64,000 nt of DNA from Candidatus Woesearchaeota archaeon (lineage in GTDB: Archaea; Nanobdellota; Nanobdellia; Woesearchaeales; UBA9989): positions 159 through 64,158 of the forward strand of contig DUKZ01000015.1 in the NCBI GenBank assembly GCA_013329045.1, read 5' to 3'. Below the pieces are notes generated by a model. That model was not told the origin of the DNA. It did not search any database and saw only the letters and a list, made by a program, of their open reading frames with translations. Of the stretch, positions 1-7,602 are shown one piece after another. Numbering within the stretch: the first letter of the stretch is position 1; each line of letters opens with the position of its first letter. Both the position numbers and the translations under genes were made by a program.

Positions 1-341
1 AGACCATGGCAGCCAGTTCGTTGCAAATATCATCGATGGCTGCTCCAGGTTTAAGGTGTATCTTGCTTCACATGGCATCAAGCAAATTCTCTGCAAAATC
101 AAGCACCCGCAAAGTAATGGGAAGGTTGAGAAGTGGTTTGAGACGTACGATAAGCATCGCCATGCTTTCAAGACAAAAGAAGAATTCATGCATTGGTATA
201 ATAAGGTAAGGCCGCACCGCAGCCTTAAATTTGAGATTCTTGAAACACCACAGCAGGCATTTGTACGCAAGATGCCTGCAGAGGTTATATAAACATGAAA
301 CGAATTAAGTTATCGAAGGGAAATAATTACGGGATACGACA
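1..341 (+). mobile_element. Right part of IS481-family insertion sequence
   Basis: Transposase C-terminus followed by gaaataattacgggatacgACA; IS481 elements end TGT...ACA; exact end inferred. Confidence 0.65.
2..292 (+). CDS. IS481-family transposase, C-terminal part (5'-truncated by window)
   Basis: Frame open from base 2: DHGSQF...HPQSNGKVEKWF...YNKVRPHRSL, typical rve/integrase-core motifs. Confidence 0.85.
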   Translation, partial: DHGSQFVANIIDGCSRFKVYLASHGIKQILCKIKHPQSNGKVEKWFETYDKHRHAFKTKEEFMHWYNKVRPHRSLKFEILETPQQAFVRKMPAEVI

Positions 342-373
342 GGTACAAGATTGTGCTATCACCCCTTGTGTTA

Positions 374-1588
374 TCATCCCTTGTTCATGCTTCCTTTAGC
401 ATACGTACGCTCAATGGTTGCAATGCTCACTGTTGCAAAGATTGTTGTTGCAAGTATGATGGTAAACACGATGTCCACAAAACTCTCGGTTCCTGCAATC
501 CGGTACTGGGCAAACGGCAATACCGCTAAGACAGCAGCAGACAGTCCGGTTGGTATCATACATCCCATGATCAACAATTCCCTTTTGCTCAGCTTCAGTA
601 TAGCCGCGGTAGGGTACACAACCACAAATCTTGCCACGAGCAAAAGGGCAGTGAGGACAAGACCAATGCCTATTGAATGATAATCGTTAAGAACGGCTAC
701 TGCCCCGAGATAAACAAAGAAGAATGTCCTTATCACAAAAGCGATCATGGCATTAAAATCCTTCGTTTCTTTGGTCAAGACGATTATCTTTTTCCTCAAA
801 ACAATTGAGAAAGCAGCAATATTCCCTAGGGTGAGCCCCATCGTCAGTGATGCCAGCGCACCACTCCCACCCAGGTATTGAGATAAGATATACGTCAAGA
901 ACAGCACAGAGATGGTCATCATGTGATGATACGCATACTTCTGAAGATTATCCAGCGCCTTTGCCCAAGCGATGCCTATCAAAAGACCGCACGTAATCGA
1001 TACAATAAAACTTTTTATGATATCAGAAGAAATATTAAGCCCTATCATACTCTGAGATGTGGACAGGTTATTCATCAGAACAAGCCCAATCACAATCACA
1101 ATCGGGCTGTTTAAGATGGATTCAATGCTCATCATCGCCTTAGATTTAATACCTATCCCCAACCGGTCAACTACGGTTACTATCATCGGCGAGCTCGTAC
1201 CAGCAACAATAACGCCAAGAAGCAACGACTTCTGGAAACCCATTCCAAAAATAAGTGTCATCCCAAGAGCAACAAGGAGGATAGCCATCACTAAGTTTGC
1301 TATCATAAACACTATCGCGCTCGTGGCATCTTGAAGCAGCTCCCCAAATTTCATCTTCCTGCCTGATTCGAAAAGAATAATCGCGATGGCAATGGTCGTA
1401 AAGAGCGGCGCTATCCCGAACAATGCTTCCTGATCAACTATCTTAAACATCGGCCCTATCAGCATTCCAAAGACTATGAGCCAGATAACATCAGGAATCT
1501 TTGTCTTGGTGAAGAAAAGGTCGGCAAAAAAACCAAGAGATATGATAAATGCAATGACAAACAAGCTCATAGATACATCCATCATCAC
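374..1588 (-). CDS. Cation:proton antiporter (NhaP/CPA1-like)
   Basis: About 12 TM segments; KIPDVIWLI, ILFESG, GTSS..V, ESILN, TFFFVYLG motifs. Confidence 0.85.
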   Translation of the reverse strand: MMMDVSMSLFVIAFIISLGFFADLFFTKTKIPDVIWLIVFGMLIGPMFKIVDQEALFGIAPLFTTIAIAIILFESGRKMKFGELLQDATSAIVFMIANLVMAILLVALGMTLIFGMGFQKSLLLGVIVAGTSSPMIVTVVDRLGIGIKSKAMMSIESILNSPIVIVIGLVLMNNLSTSQSMIGLNISSDIIKSFIVSITCGLLIGIAWAKALDNLQKYAYHHMMTISVLFLTYILSQYLGGSGALASLTMGLTLGNIAAFSIVLRKKIIVLTKETKDFNAMIAFVIRTFFFVYLGAVAVLNDYHSIGIGLVLTALLLVARFVVVYPTAAILKLSKRELLIMGCMIPTGLSAAVLAVLPFAQYRIAGTESFVDIVFTIILATTIFATVSIATIERTYAKGSMNKG

Positions 1589-1631
1589 CCTACCATCGCC
1601 GGAATGGATTTATTAAGTTTTCTGTCAAAAA

Positions 1632-1761
1632 AGCTCTGTAGACAAGTCTCACTTCGTTCGACACGCATATGCCCTGGTTACAGGGTCCCGGGCACAACTG
1701 CGATGCACTTGCTTCATTCTCGAGTGAGCTCCGCAGAAAGGCACTTATTTTCTACAGAGCC
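1632..1761. mobile_element. MITE, 130 bp, with terminal inverted repeats and 9-bp target duplication
   Basis: Ends agctctgtaga / tctacagagcc; flanked by identical tgtcaaaaa at 1623-1631 and 1762-1770. Confidence 0.8.
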
Positions 1762-1779
1762 TGTCAAAAAGCAGAACTG

Positions 1780-2865
1780 TTACCGAAGATGAATCTCCAC
1801 GATATCCTTATCCTTGAGAACATGGTGCTGGCGAAGAACCTGCCCGGGAAACTTTGATGATCCCCAGACCCTTGCATACTTGAATTTCTTTGCAAAATCC
1901 TGGTGGAGCTTTCTTGCCATATCACCGATGGTTGCCCCATACCTCATGATCAATGGAACATCAAGATCCGGCTTTTTCCCGGCCTCCTTGCAGTACACAC
2001 GGATAAAGTTAAGCTTATCGAAAATAAGGTCCCTTAGTTGCAGCATATTAATCCCGGTATTTGCAGAGATACAAAGGTCAGGATGCACCTGCTTCTTGAT
2101 CCCCTCAAGGGTCTTTTTATCAACGAGGTCTATCTTGTTGAGGATCGTGAGCGCATCCACATACACCCGATTACCCTCTATAGCATCAATCAATTGGTCG
2201 ATGGAGATATCTTCACGAATGAGAATATCACCGTTTGATATGCCCATCTGTCGAGCAACGGTTGCAATTGTCTCCTCATTGAGCGACAATTGGCATGTTG
2301 CACCGATATGGATGCCACCCTTTCCGGTTTTTTTTATCTTGACATCAGGAGCCTGCTGGTTGAGGCGGATATTAAACTGGATTACTTCATCAAGAAGAAC
2401 TTGACATGCTTCAGGCTTCACAACATCAATGACGAGCATGATCATGTCAGCGTTCTGCATGATAGAGAGCACTTCCTTTCCCCTTCCCCTTCCCCTCGCT
2501 GCGCCATAGACAACACCTGGACAATCAAGGATCTGGATCTTTGCACTCTTATAGTCCATCAATCCCGGAATGACCTTGAGCGTTGTGAAGTCATATGCGC
2601 CAACTTCAGACTTTGCATTTGTCAAATAATTGAGGATGGTAGATTTTCCAACGCTGGGAAATCCAAGAAGGATTGCCGTTGCATCGCCAGACTTCCTCAC
2701 GGAGTAGCCATCCCCCTTCTTTCCCCCGCCGCTGCCTTCCGCTTTTTTTCTCAGCTGAGCAATTTGGGCTTTTATGAGGCCGACATGATGCTGAGTTGCC
2801 TTGTTGTACTGGGTCTTCTTGATCTCATCTTCCAATTCCTTGATGCGGTCATCATACCTGCCCAT
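1780..2865 (-). CDS. DRG/OBG-family GTP-binding protein with TGS domain
   Basis: GFPSVGKS, YDFTT, DCPG, NKID and C-terminal TGS; start reassigned to MGRYDDR with TTTATA box upstream. Confidence 0.92.
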   Translation of the reverse strand: MGRYDDRIKELEDEIKKTQYNKATQHHVGLIKAQIAQLRKKAEGSGGGKKGDGYSVRKSGDATAILLGFPSVGKSTILNYLTNAKSEVGAYDFTTLKVIPGLMDYKSAKIQILDCPGVVYGAARGRGRGKEVLSIMQNADMIMLVIDVVKPEACQVLLDEVIQFNIRLNQQAPDVKIKKTGKGGIHIGATCQLSLNEETIATVARQMGISNGDILIREDISIDQLIDAIEGNRVYVDALTILNKIDLVDKKTLEGIKKQVHPDLCISANTGINMLQLRDLIFDKLNFIRVYCKEAGKKPDLDVPLIMRYGATIGDMARKLHQDFAKKFKYARVWGSSKFPGQVLRQHHVLKDKDIVEIHLR

Positions 2866-3120
2866 TATCTGAATTTGGCGGGGAAGGCTATAAAAACGTT
2901 GTGGGAAAGGATGAAAAAAAGACTCTCGATCAAACAGTGTTGATCTCCTGGAAGACTGCCAATCTCCTGCCTTTGTTTTGGCAGCAGCACTGGCAGCGTT
3001 TTTACGTTCGTTAAAACCTGGGCCTAAAGGCTTGGCAGTCTGCGCGAGTTGTGCTGCCATCTCAATCATAGATTTGGTCTGATACGAACTTTTTTATACT
3101 CAGTTCTCCCCTCAAAAGAG

Positions 3121-3678
3121 ATGGAGAATTTCCCTGCATTCATCATGGAACTGGTCGATTCCTTCCTGACGAACTTCACCCTCGCAGTCATCATCCTCTT
3201 CTTTGGATTCATCATCGGGAAATTCTTCGGCAGGCTCATCCAGAAAGGCCTGCATGAATTCGACCTTGACAAGCTGGCAAAGAAAGCAGGGATAAAAGCC
3301 AGCCTAGAGGAGCTCATCAGCACTATCATCAGCTATACCATCTACTTCTTCTCAATCATCATGGCACTCAACAGGGTGGGGGTAACTTCAGCGCTCTTCA
3401 ACATCCTTGGAGGGGCCGTCATCGTTGTTGCCCTCATCGCATTTTTTCTCTCAGTTAGGGACTTTATCCCGAACATGATGGGAGGCATCTATCTTCATCA
3501 AAAGAAGATGATCAAAGAAGGAGATACCATCAAGTTTCGCGCGATCGAGGGGGTGGTGATCGAAACAAACCTCATCGAGACAAAAGTGCAGACAAAATCA
3601 AAGGACATCATCCACATCCCGAATGCAAATTTTACCAAATCAGAGATATTCGTGAAAAGACAAAAAGAATCGAAGTGA
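3121..3678 (+). CDS. Small-conductance mechanosensitive channel (MscS) family protein
   Basis: TM helices then IPNMMGG...IKEGDTI...EGVV...IHIPNA; TATA-like tttttata about 25 bp upstream. Confidence 0.85.
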   Translation: MENFPAFIMELVDSFLTNFTLAVIILFFGFIIGKFFGRLIQKGLHEFDLDKLAKKAGIKASLEELISTIISYTIYFFSIIMALNRVGVTSALFNILGGAVIVVALIAFFLSVRDFIPNMMGGIYLHQKKMIKEGDTIKFRAIEGVVIETNLIETKVQTKSKDIIHIPNANFTKSEIFVKRQKESK

Positions 3679-3689
3679 ATTTTTTAAAT

Positions 3690-3820
3690 CAGAAATCCGC
3701 TGCTCAACACTAACCCCGACCCGAAGGTAGGGGTATGACGTGCCTCGCTTCTGCACGCGGATTTCTGGTGTAGAATTGGGCACTCGCCCTAAAGGGCGGG
3801 GTATGACACCCAATTCAACA
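3690..3820. mobile_element. IS200/IS605-like non-autonomous double-hairpin (PATE/REP-like) element
   Basis: Two directly repeated hairpins accccgacccgaaggtaggggtatgac and actcgccctaaagggcggggtatgac, each nested in an outer stem. Confidence 0.6.
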
Positions 3821-3835
3821 ATCAATATTTCTCTT

Positions 3836-4078
3836 TTAAGTCAATTTTTCAAGCAAGGAGACAACATTCCATATCTGCGTCCTGGTGTATGCCTGCATGT
3901 TATTGTCATTTGTGACCTCTTCTAACAATTGAAGGGCCCTGTTCACTTTCATTGAACTATCGGATTTTTCCTCGAGTATCGCCTTAGTCTCGAGCAGTTT
4001 GCCCTTAACATTCTTTGGCACGGTTGAGTCATCCACGAGATCATCAATCATTTCAAGAATCGCCTGCACTTCATCCAT
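3836..4078 (-). CDS. UPF0147 family protein
   Basis: DSTVPKNVK...D.NM..YTRTQIWNVVSLLE signature. Confidence 0.88.
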   Translation of the reverse strand: MDEVQAILEMIDDLVDDSTVPKNVKGKLLETKAILEEKSDSSMKVNRALQLLEEVTNDNNMQAYTRTQIWNVVSLLEKLT

Positions 4079-4085
4079 GTGACCC

Positions 4086-4400
4086 TCATTCGATATTCTT
4101 CAGCACATCTTCCTGCAATTTCTTTGCCTGAGACCGCAATGACTCTTCCTGCTTGTCGAGCGATTTTATCCGAAGCTTTGCTTCCTCCTCTTTCTCCTTT
4201 AGCTCCTCAGCAATTTTTTCATTTGGCAGCTCTACCATAATGCTCCCGATGATACGGTAGGCAGTCTTGGTATCTTCCAACGCCTTCTCCGCGGATTCTA
4301 CCTCGACGAGTTCGTTTTGATAGGTATGTTTCTGCATAAGCAGCTGCTGAAGCTTCTGCTCTATCTGTTGAATTTGAGCAATCTTGTCATCAGCTGTCAT
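4086..4400 (-). CDS. pfdB: Prefoldin beta subunit
   Basis: Coiled coil / YRIIGSIMVE hairpin / coiled coil; conserved context with Rpo12 and eL43. Confidence 0.88.
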   Translation of the reverse strand: MTADDKIAQIQQIEQKLQQLLMQKHTYQNELVEVESAEKALEDTKTAYRIIGSIMVELPNEKIAEELKEKEEEAKLRIKSLDKQEESLRSQAKKLQEDVLKNIE

Positions 4401-4402
4401 TT

Positions 4403-4540
4403 TTACCTTGCGAGAACTTTAGTTGTCGTCTGCCTTGGCTTAAAGAGCACCTTTGATCCGCAATAGGGGCAGCGAACCCTCTTCTTCACATAAGAATCAG
4501 CAACTTTCTTGTTGCACTCAAAACATTTGTAGCTTACCAT
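4403..4540 (-). CDS. rpoP: DNA-directed RNA polymerase subunit P (Rpo12); absent from ORF track
   Basis: Hand translation MVSYKCFECNKKVADSYVKKRVRCPYCGSKVLFKPRQTTTKVLAR; Zn ribbon; directly downstream of eL43. Confidence 0.92.
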   Translation of the reverse strand: MVSYKCFECNKKVADSYVKKRVRCPYCGSKVLFKPRQTTTKVLAR

Positions 4541-4869
4541 TATCCTTTCTGAGCCTCTTCGTCTGCATCCTGCTCTTCTTCATCAGAGAAATCCTCATTT
4601 ATAACCTTTTCCTCAGGCGCTGTGTCTGCTGAAGAGGTATCAAACTTGAGCTTCTTGTTGATGGTGTATGCCTTTCCGGTAAACACTTTCTTGCATCGCT
4701 GGCATTCCCAAATGCCAAGTGCTTGGCGCTTGACCTTGTCTGCAAGGCAATAGGGACATTTGTGGAGCTTTCTTTGCTCAGATTCTATCTGGCCAAAGCG
4801 AAGCCTTGTCCTTCTTCCGTACCTGGCGCCAAAGCGCCTCACTGACCCATATGCAACTTTCTTTACCAT
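4540..4869 (-). CDS. rpl37ae: 50S ribosomal protein L37ae (eL43) with acidic C-terminal tail
   Basis: RFGARYG...CPYC...VKR...GIWEC..C...FTG.AY. Confidence 0.95.
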   Translation of the reverse strand: MVKKVAYGSVRRFGARYGRRTRLRFGQIESEQRKLHKCPYCLADKVKRQALGIWECQRCKKVFTGKAYTINKKLKFDTSSADTAPEEKVINEDFSDEEEQDADEEAQKG

Positions 4870-4897
4870 TTCTTGACCTTTAATTTTAAGGAAAATA

Positions 4898-4995
4898 CGG
4901 GGCTACTCGGATTCGAACCGAGGTCCTCAGCTCCCAAAGCTGAAAGGATAAACCAAGCTACCCCATAGCTTCACGCAATCATCATTGATTGTCCC
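4898..4995 (-). tRNA. tRNA-Pro(TGG) with 23-nt intron at position 3/4 (intron 4970-4992)
   Basis: Cloverleaf with anticodon arm TCAGC-TTTGGGA-GCTGA; removing the BHB-bounded intron restores acceptor stem GGGGCTA/TAGCCCC. Confidence 0.9.
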
Positions 4996-5132
4996 GTGCT
5001 GGAGGCTTGCCCAGCCCCAGGAAAAGAATCGGGGGGGGTTTTTAAAGTTATCGCTCACTATATCTGAAGAATCAGCCTATTTAGAAATCCTCCAATACAA
5101 GTGAAAGAAAAAGCAACAAACGGCAAGAAAAA

Positions 5133-5546
5133 CTATTCTAATTCTCCTCGGATCTTTCCTGCTATCTCGTCTATCTCCCCTTCTGCATATTTTTTGTGAG
5201 GCCACTCAAGATGCAGACCATCATCAGGGAATCTTGGGACAATATGGACATGCAGGTGAGGGATGACCTGGCCTGAAGCCTTGCCATTGTTGATGATGAT
5301 ATTGTATGCATCTGCCCCAAGGGCAGTTATTGTCGCTTTCGCGATCATCTTTGTTGCAGCCATGACAGAGACAAACTCATCTTCGGGCGTGGTTATGGTA
5401 TCAGGATAATGGTTTTTCACAATGATGAGGACATGCCCCTTGTTTGCCGGATTAATGTCGAGAATGCCTAGCACGACGGTGTCCTCATAGATGATTGTTG
5501 AAGGTATTTGCTTTTCAATAATTTTGCAAAAGATGCAGTCATTCAT
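5133..5546 (-). CDS. HIT family hydrolase
   Basis: DCIFCKII...HLHVHIVPR histidine triad. Confidence 0.95.
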   Translation of the reverse strand: MNDCIFCKIIEKQIPSTIIYEDTVVLGILDINPANKGHVLIIVKNHYPDTITTPEDEFVSVMAATKMIAKATITALGADAYNIIINNGKASGQVIPHLHVHIVPRFPDDGLHLEWPHKKYAEGEIDEIAGKIRGELE

Positions 5547-5592
5547 AAGAGTGTTGGGGAGTTTATAATTATAAGAATGTTTCGGTAAGGCA

Positions 5593-5761
5593 GGCTTTGA
5601 AGAACATCTCGCTTCCCGGACACCTGGGCAGGGTATTGGTTATTGGTGAGCCTAGATTTGCTGTTCCTGTTTGGTTGAACCCACAATAGGTTGATTGGGC
5701 ATTTATTGGGCATTTCAGAGAACCACGGAAGATAATGCTCACCACTATTTTCTACAAAGCC
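5593..5761. mobile_element. MITE, 169 bp, related to the element at 1632-1761
   Basis: Ends ggctttgaagaa / ttttctacaaagcc with subterminal similarity to the first copy; target duplication decayed (5/9). Confidence 0.6.
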
Positions 5762-5806
5762 AGGGATGCACAAACCTTATAAAACTCCCTTGAATCCATA
5801 AGACTT

Positions 5807-6910
5807 ATGTCACTTGATGCACTCCAAAAACATGAACTAAAACGCTTTATTAAAGAGTTAGAAAACTTTCGCGGCAGGCATACTGAACTAGTCTCCGTCC
5901 TTATCCCAGCAGGCTATGATATCAACGCGATCATCGGCCACCTCTCACAAGAGCAAGGGACGGCAACGAACATCAAGTCAGCATCAACGAGAAAAAATGT
6001 CATTGACGCGCTGGAAAAGATGATCCAGCATTTACGGTTATACAAGCAAACACCGCCAAACGGCCTTGCCTGCTTTTCTGGGAATGTGTCAGAGCGGGAA
6101 GGACAATTCGACTTCAAAGTATGGAGTATTGAGCCTCCAATCCCGCTCAACACAAGACTGTATCGATGCGACAAAGAATTCCAGCTCGACCTCCTCCGGG
6201 ACATGCTCGATGACAAAGAAATATACGGCCTTGTGGTGATGGACCGGAGGGATGGGAATGTTGCCATGCTCAAAGGCAAATCAATCATCAACATCTCAAA
6301 AGCATCGTCAAATGTCCCAGGAAAGACTCGAGCTGGAGGACAATCAGCCATGCGATACCATCGCCTTCGGGAAGGAGCAGCAAAAGAGTTCTACACAAAA
6401 ATCGGGATGATGGTAAAAGATGCATTCTTTGACAAGAGGGATCAGCTCAAGGGGATCATCATCGGAGGCCCTGGCCCCACAAAGTATGACTTTATCGAAG
6501 GAAACTATGTCCCAAATGAGCTCAAGCAAAAGGTGATTGGCATCAAGGATTTGTCTTATACAGAAGAATTTGGAGTACAGGAACTAGTTGACAAAGCACA
6601 AGACATCCTTGCGAATGAGGAAGTTGGAAAAGAGAAGGAGGCGATGGGAAAATTTTTCCACATCCTTGCAACAAAGCCAAACATGGTCAGCTATGGTGAA
6701 TCCCAGGTGATGTCCCTAGTCCAGCGAGGGACTGTTGATTTGTTGTTGATTTCTGAAGATTTGGAAGAGGAAAAAATTGAAGCTTTTGAAAAGGAGGCAG
6801 AAAAATTCGGGACAACAATCATGATCATTTCTACAGAGACGCGGGAGGGAGTGCAGCTTCGAGATATTGGAAAAGTTGGAGCAATCCTTCGGTACGAAAT
6901 CGATACCTAA
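5807..6910 (+). CDS. prf1: Peptide chain release factor aRF1
   Basis: NIKS, YRCD, GGQS and GAILRY motifs. Confidence 0.97.
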   Translation: MSLDALQKHELKRFIKELENFRGRHTELVSVLIPAGYDINAIIGHLSQEQGTATNIKSASTRKNVIDALEKMIQHLRLYKQTPPNGLACFSGNVSEREGQFDFKVWSIEPPIPLNTRLYRCDKEFQLDLLRDMLDDKEIYGLVVMDRRDGNVAMLKGKSIINISKASSNVPGKTRAGGQSAMRYHRLREGAAKEFYTKIGMMVKDAFFDKRDQLKGIIIGGPGPTKYDFIEGNYVPNELKQKVIGIKDLSYTEEFGVQELVDKAQDILANEEVGKEKEAMGKFFHILATKPNMVSYGESQVMSLVQRGTVDLLLISEDLEEEKIEAFEKEAEKFGTTIMIISTETREGVQLRDIGKVGAILRYEIDT

Positions 6911-6978
6911 TCGTTCGAAAAGTGGAAAAGTTTATATATGATACATTCAATTAATAGTTTTCAATCATCAACGATTGA

Positions 6979-7602
6979 ATGGGAAACAACTATCGGGGCC
7001 AAGGCCACGTTTTTGCGATTGTGGCACGACCAGGGGACACGGGAAATCACTTACTCAGGGTTGAAGAAGACCATGATGAGTTAAAGAGGAGATTTTCTTC
7101 TTATAACGATGCTGTTGAAATGGGCAGGGGAATTATTGAGGAGACAAAACGGTATGGGCATAAAGGGATCCATATGCCACGGTTTCCAGAAGGTGATTTC
7201 TTTCTCCACTATTACCCAGATATGTCATGTGTTGGGTTTGAAACATTACCTAGGAATAACTTAGGTGCATTTGAACTATTCTTTGGTACAAAAGGAAGAC
7301 ATCGCCCCTATAACCACTGGCTGTATAGCCTTGCCCTTGGCCAATGTGGTGTCTACCCAGATTCGACAATTGTAAGGCTCGAAAATTTCTTTCACGAACA
7401 ACAATTGTATTGGGAACGAGCAAAGGCTGTGGCAAATGGTCATGTGATGGACCCAGAACAAGTAGAACAGGAGATTCTTGCAATTGAGAAAGAACTCGAA
7501 AGAGTACCGCCACCGCATCGTGGATTAGAATTCCTATTTGATGAGGGGGGAACCCATCTTATAGAGGAGCCCTATCTCCTCAATGAAACAGTCCGTCACT
7601 AG
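6979..7602 (+). CDS. Hypothetical protein
   Basis: 207-aa ORF filling the intergenic space; upstream TTTATA box; no recognisable motif. Confidence 0.65.
   Translation: MGNNYRGQGHVFAIVARPGDTGNHLLRVEEDHDELKRRFSSYNDAVEMGRGIIEETKRYGHKGIHMPRFPEGDFFLHYYPDMSCVGFETLPRNNLGAFELFFGTKGRHRPYNHWLYSLALGQCGVYPDSTIVRLENFFHEQQLYWERAKAVANGHVMDPEQVEQEILAIEKELERVPPPHRGLEFLFDEGGTHLIEEPYLLNETVRH

Noticed and set aside
351-384. 15-bp imperfect tandem duplication at the antiporter stop, next to the IS end
   Set aside because: Only two copies; likely local slippage with no functional evidence
2866-3069. 68-aa N-terminal extension of the DRG GTPase in the ORF track
   Set aside because: Family homology starts at MGRYDD, which has its own TATA box
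4898-4972. tRNA-Pro as a pseudogene or edited tRNA with two acceptor-stem mismatches
   Set aside because: A perfect BHB intron at 3/4 explains the mismatches
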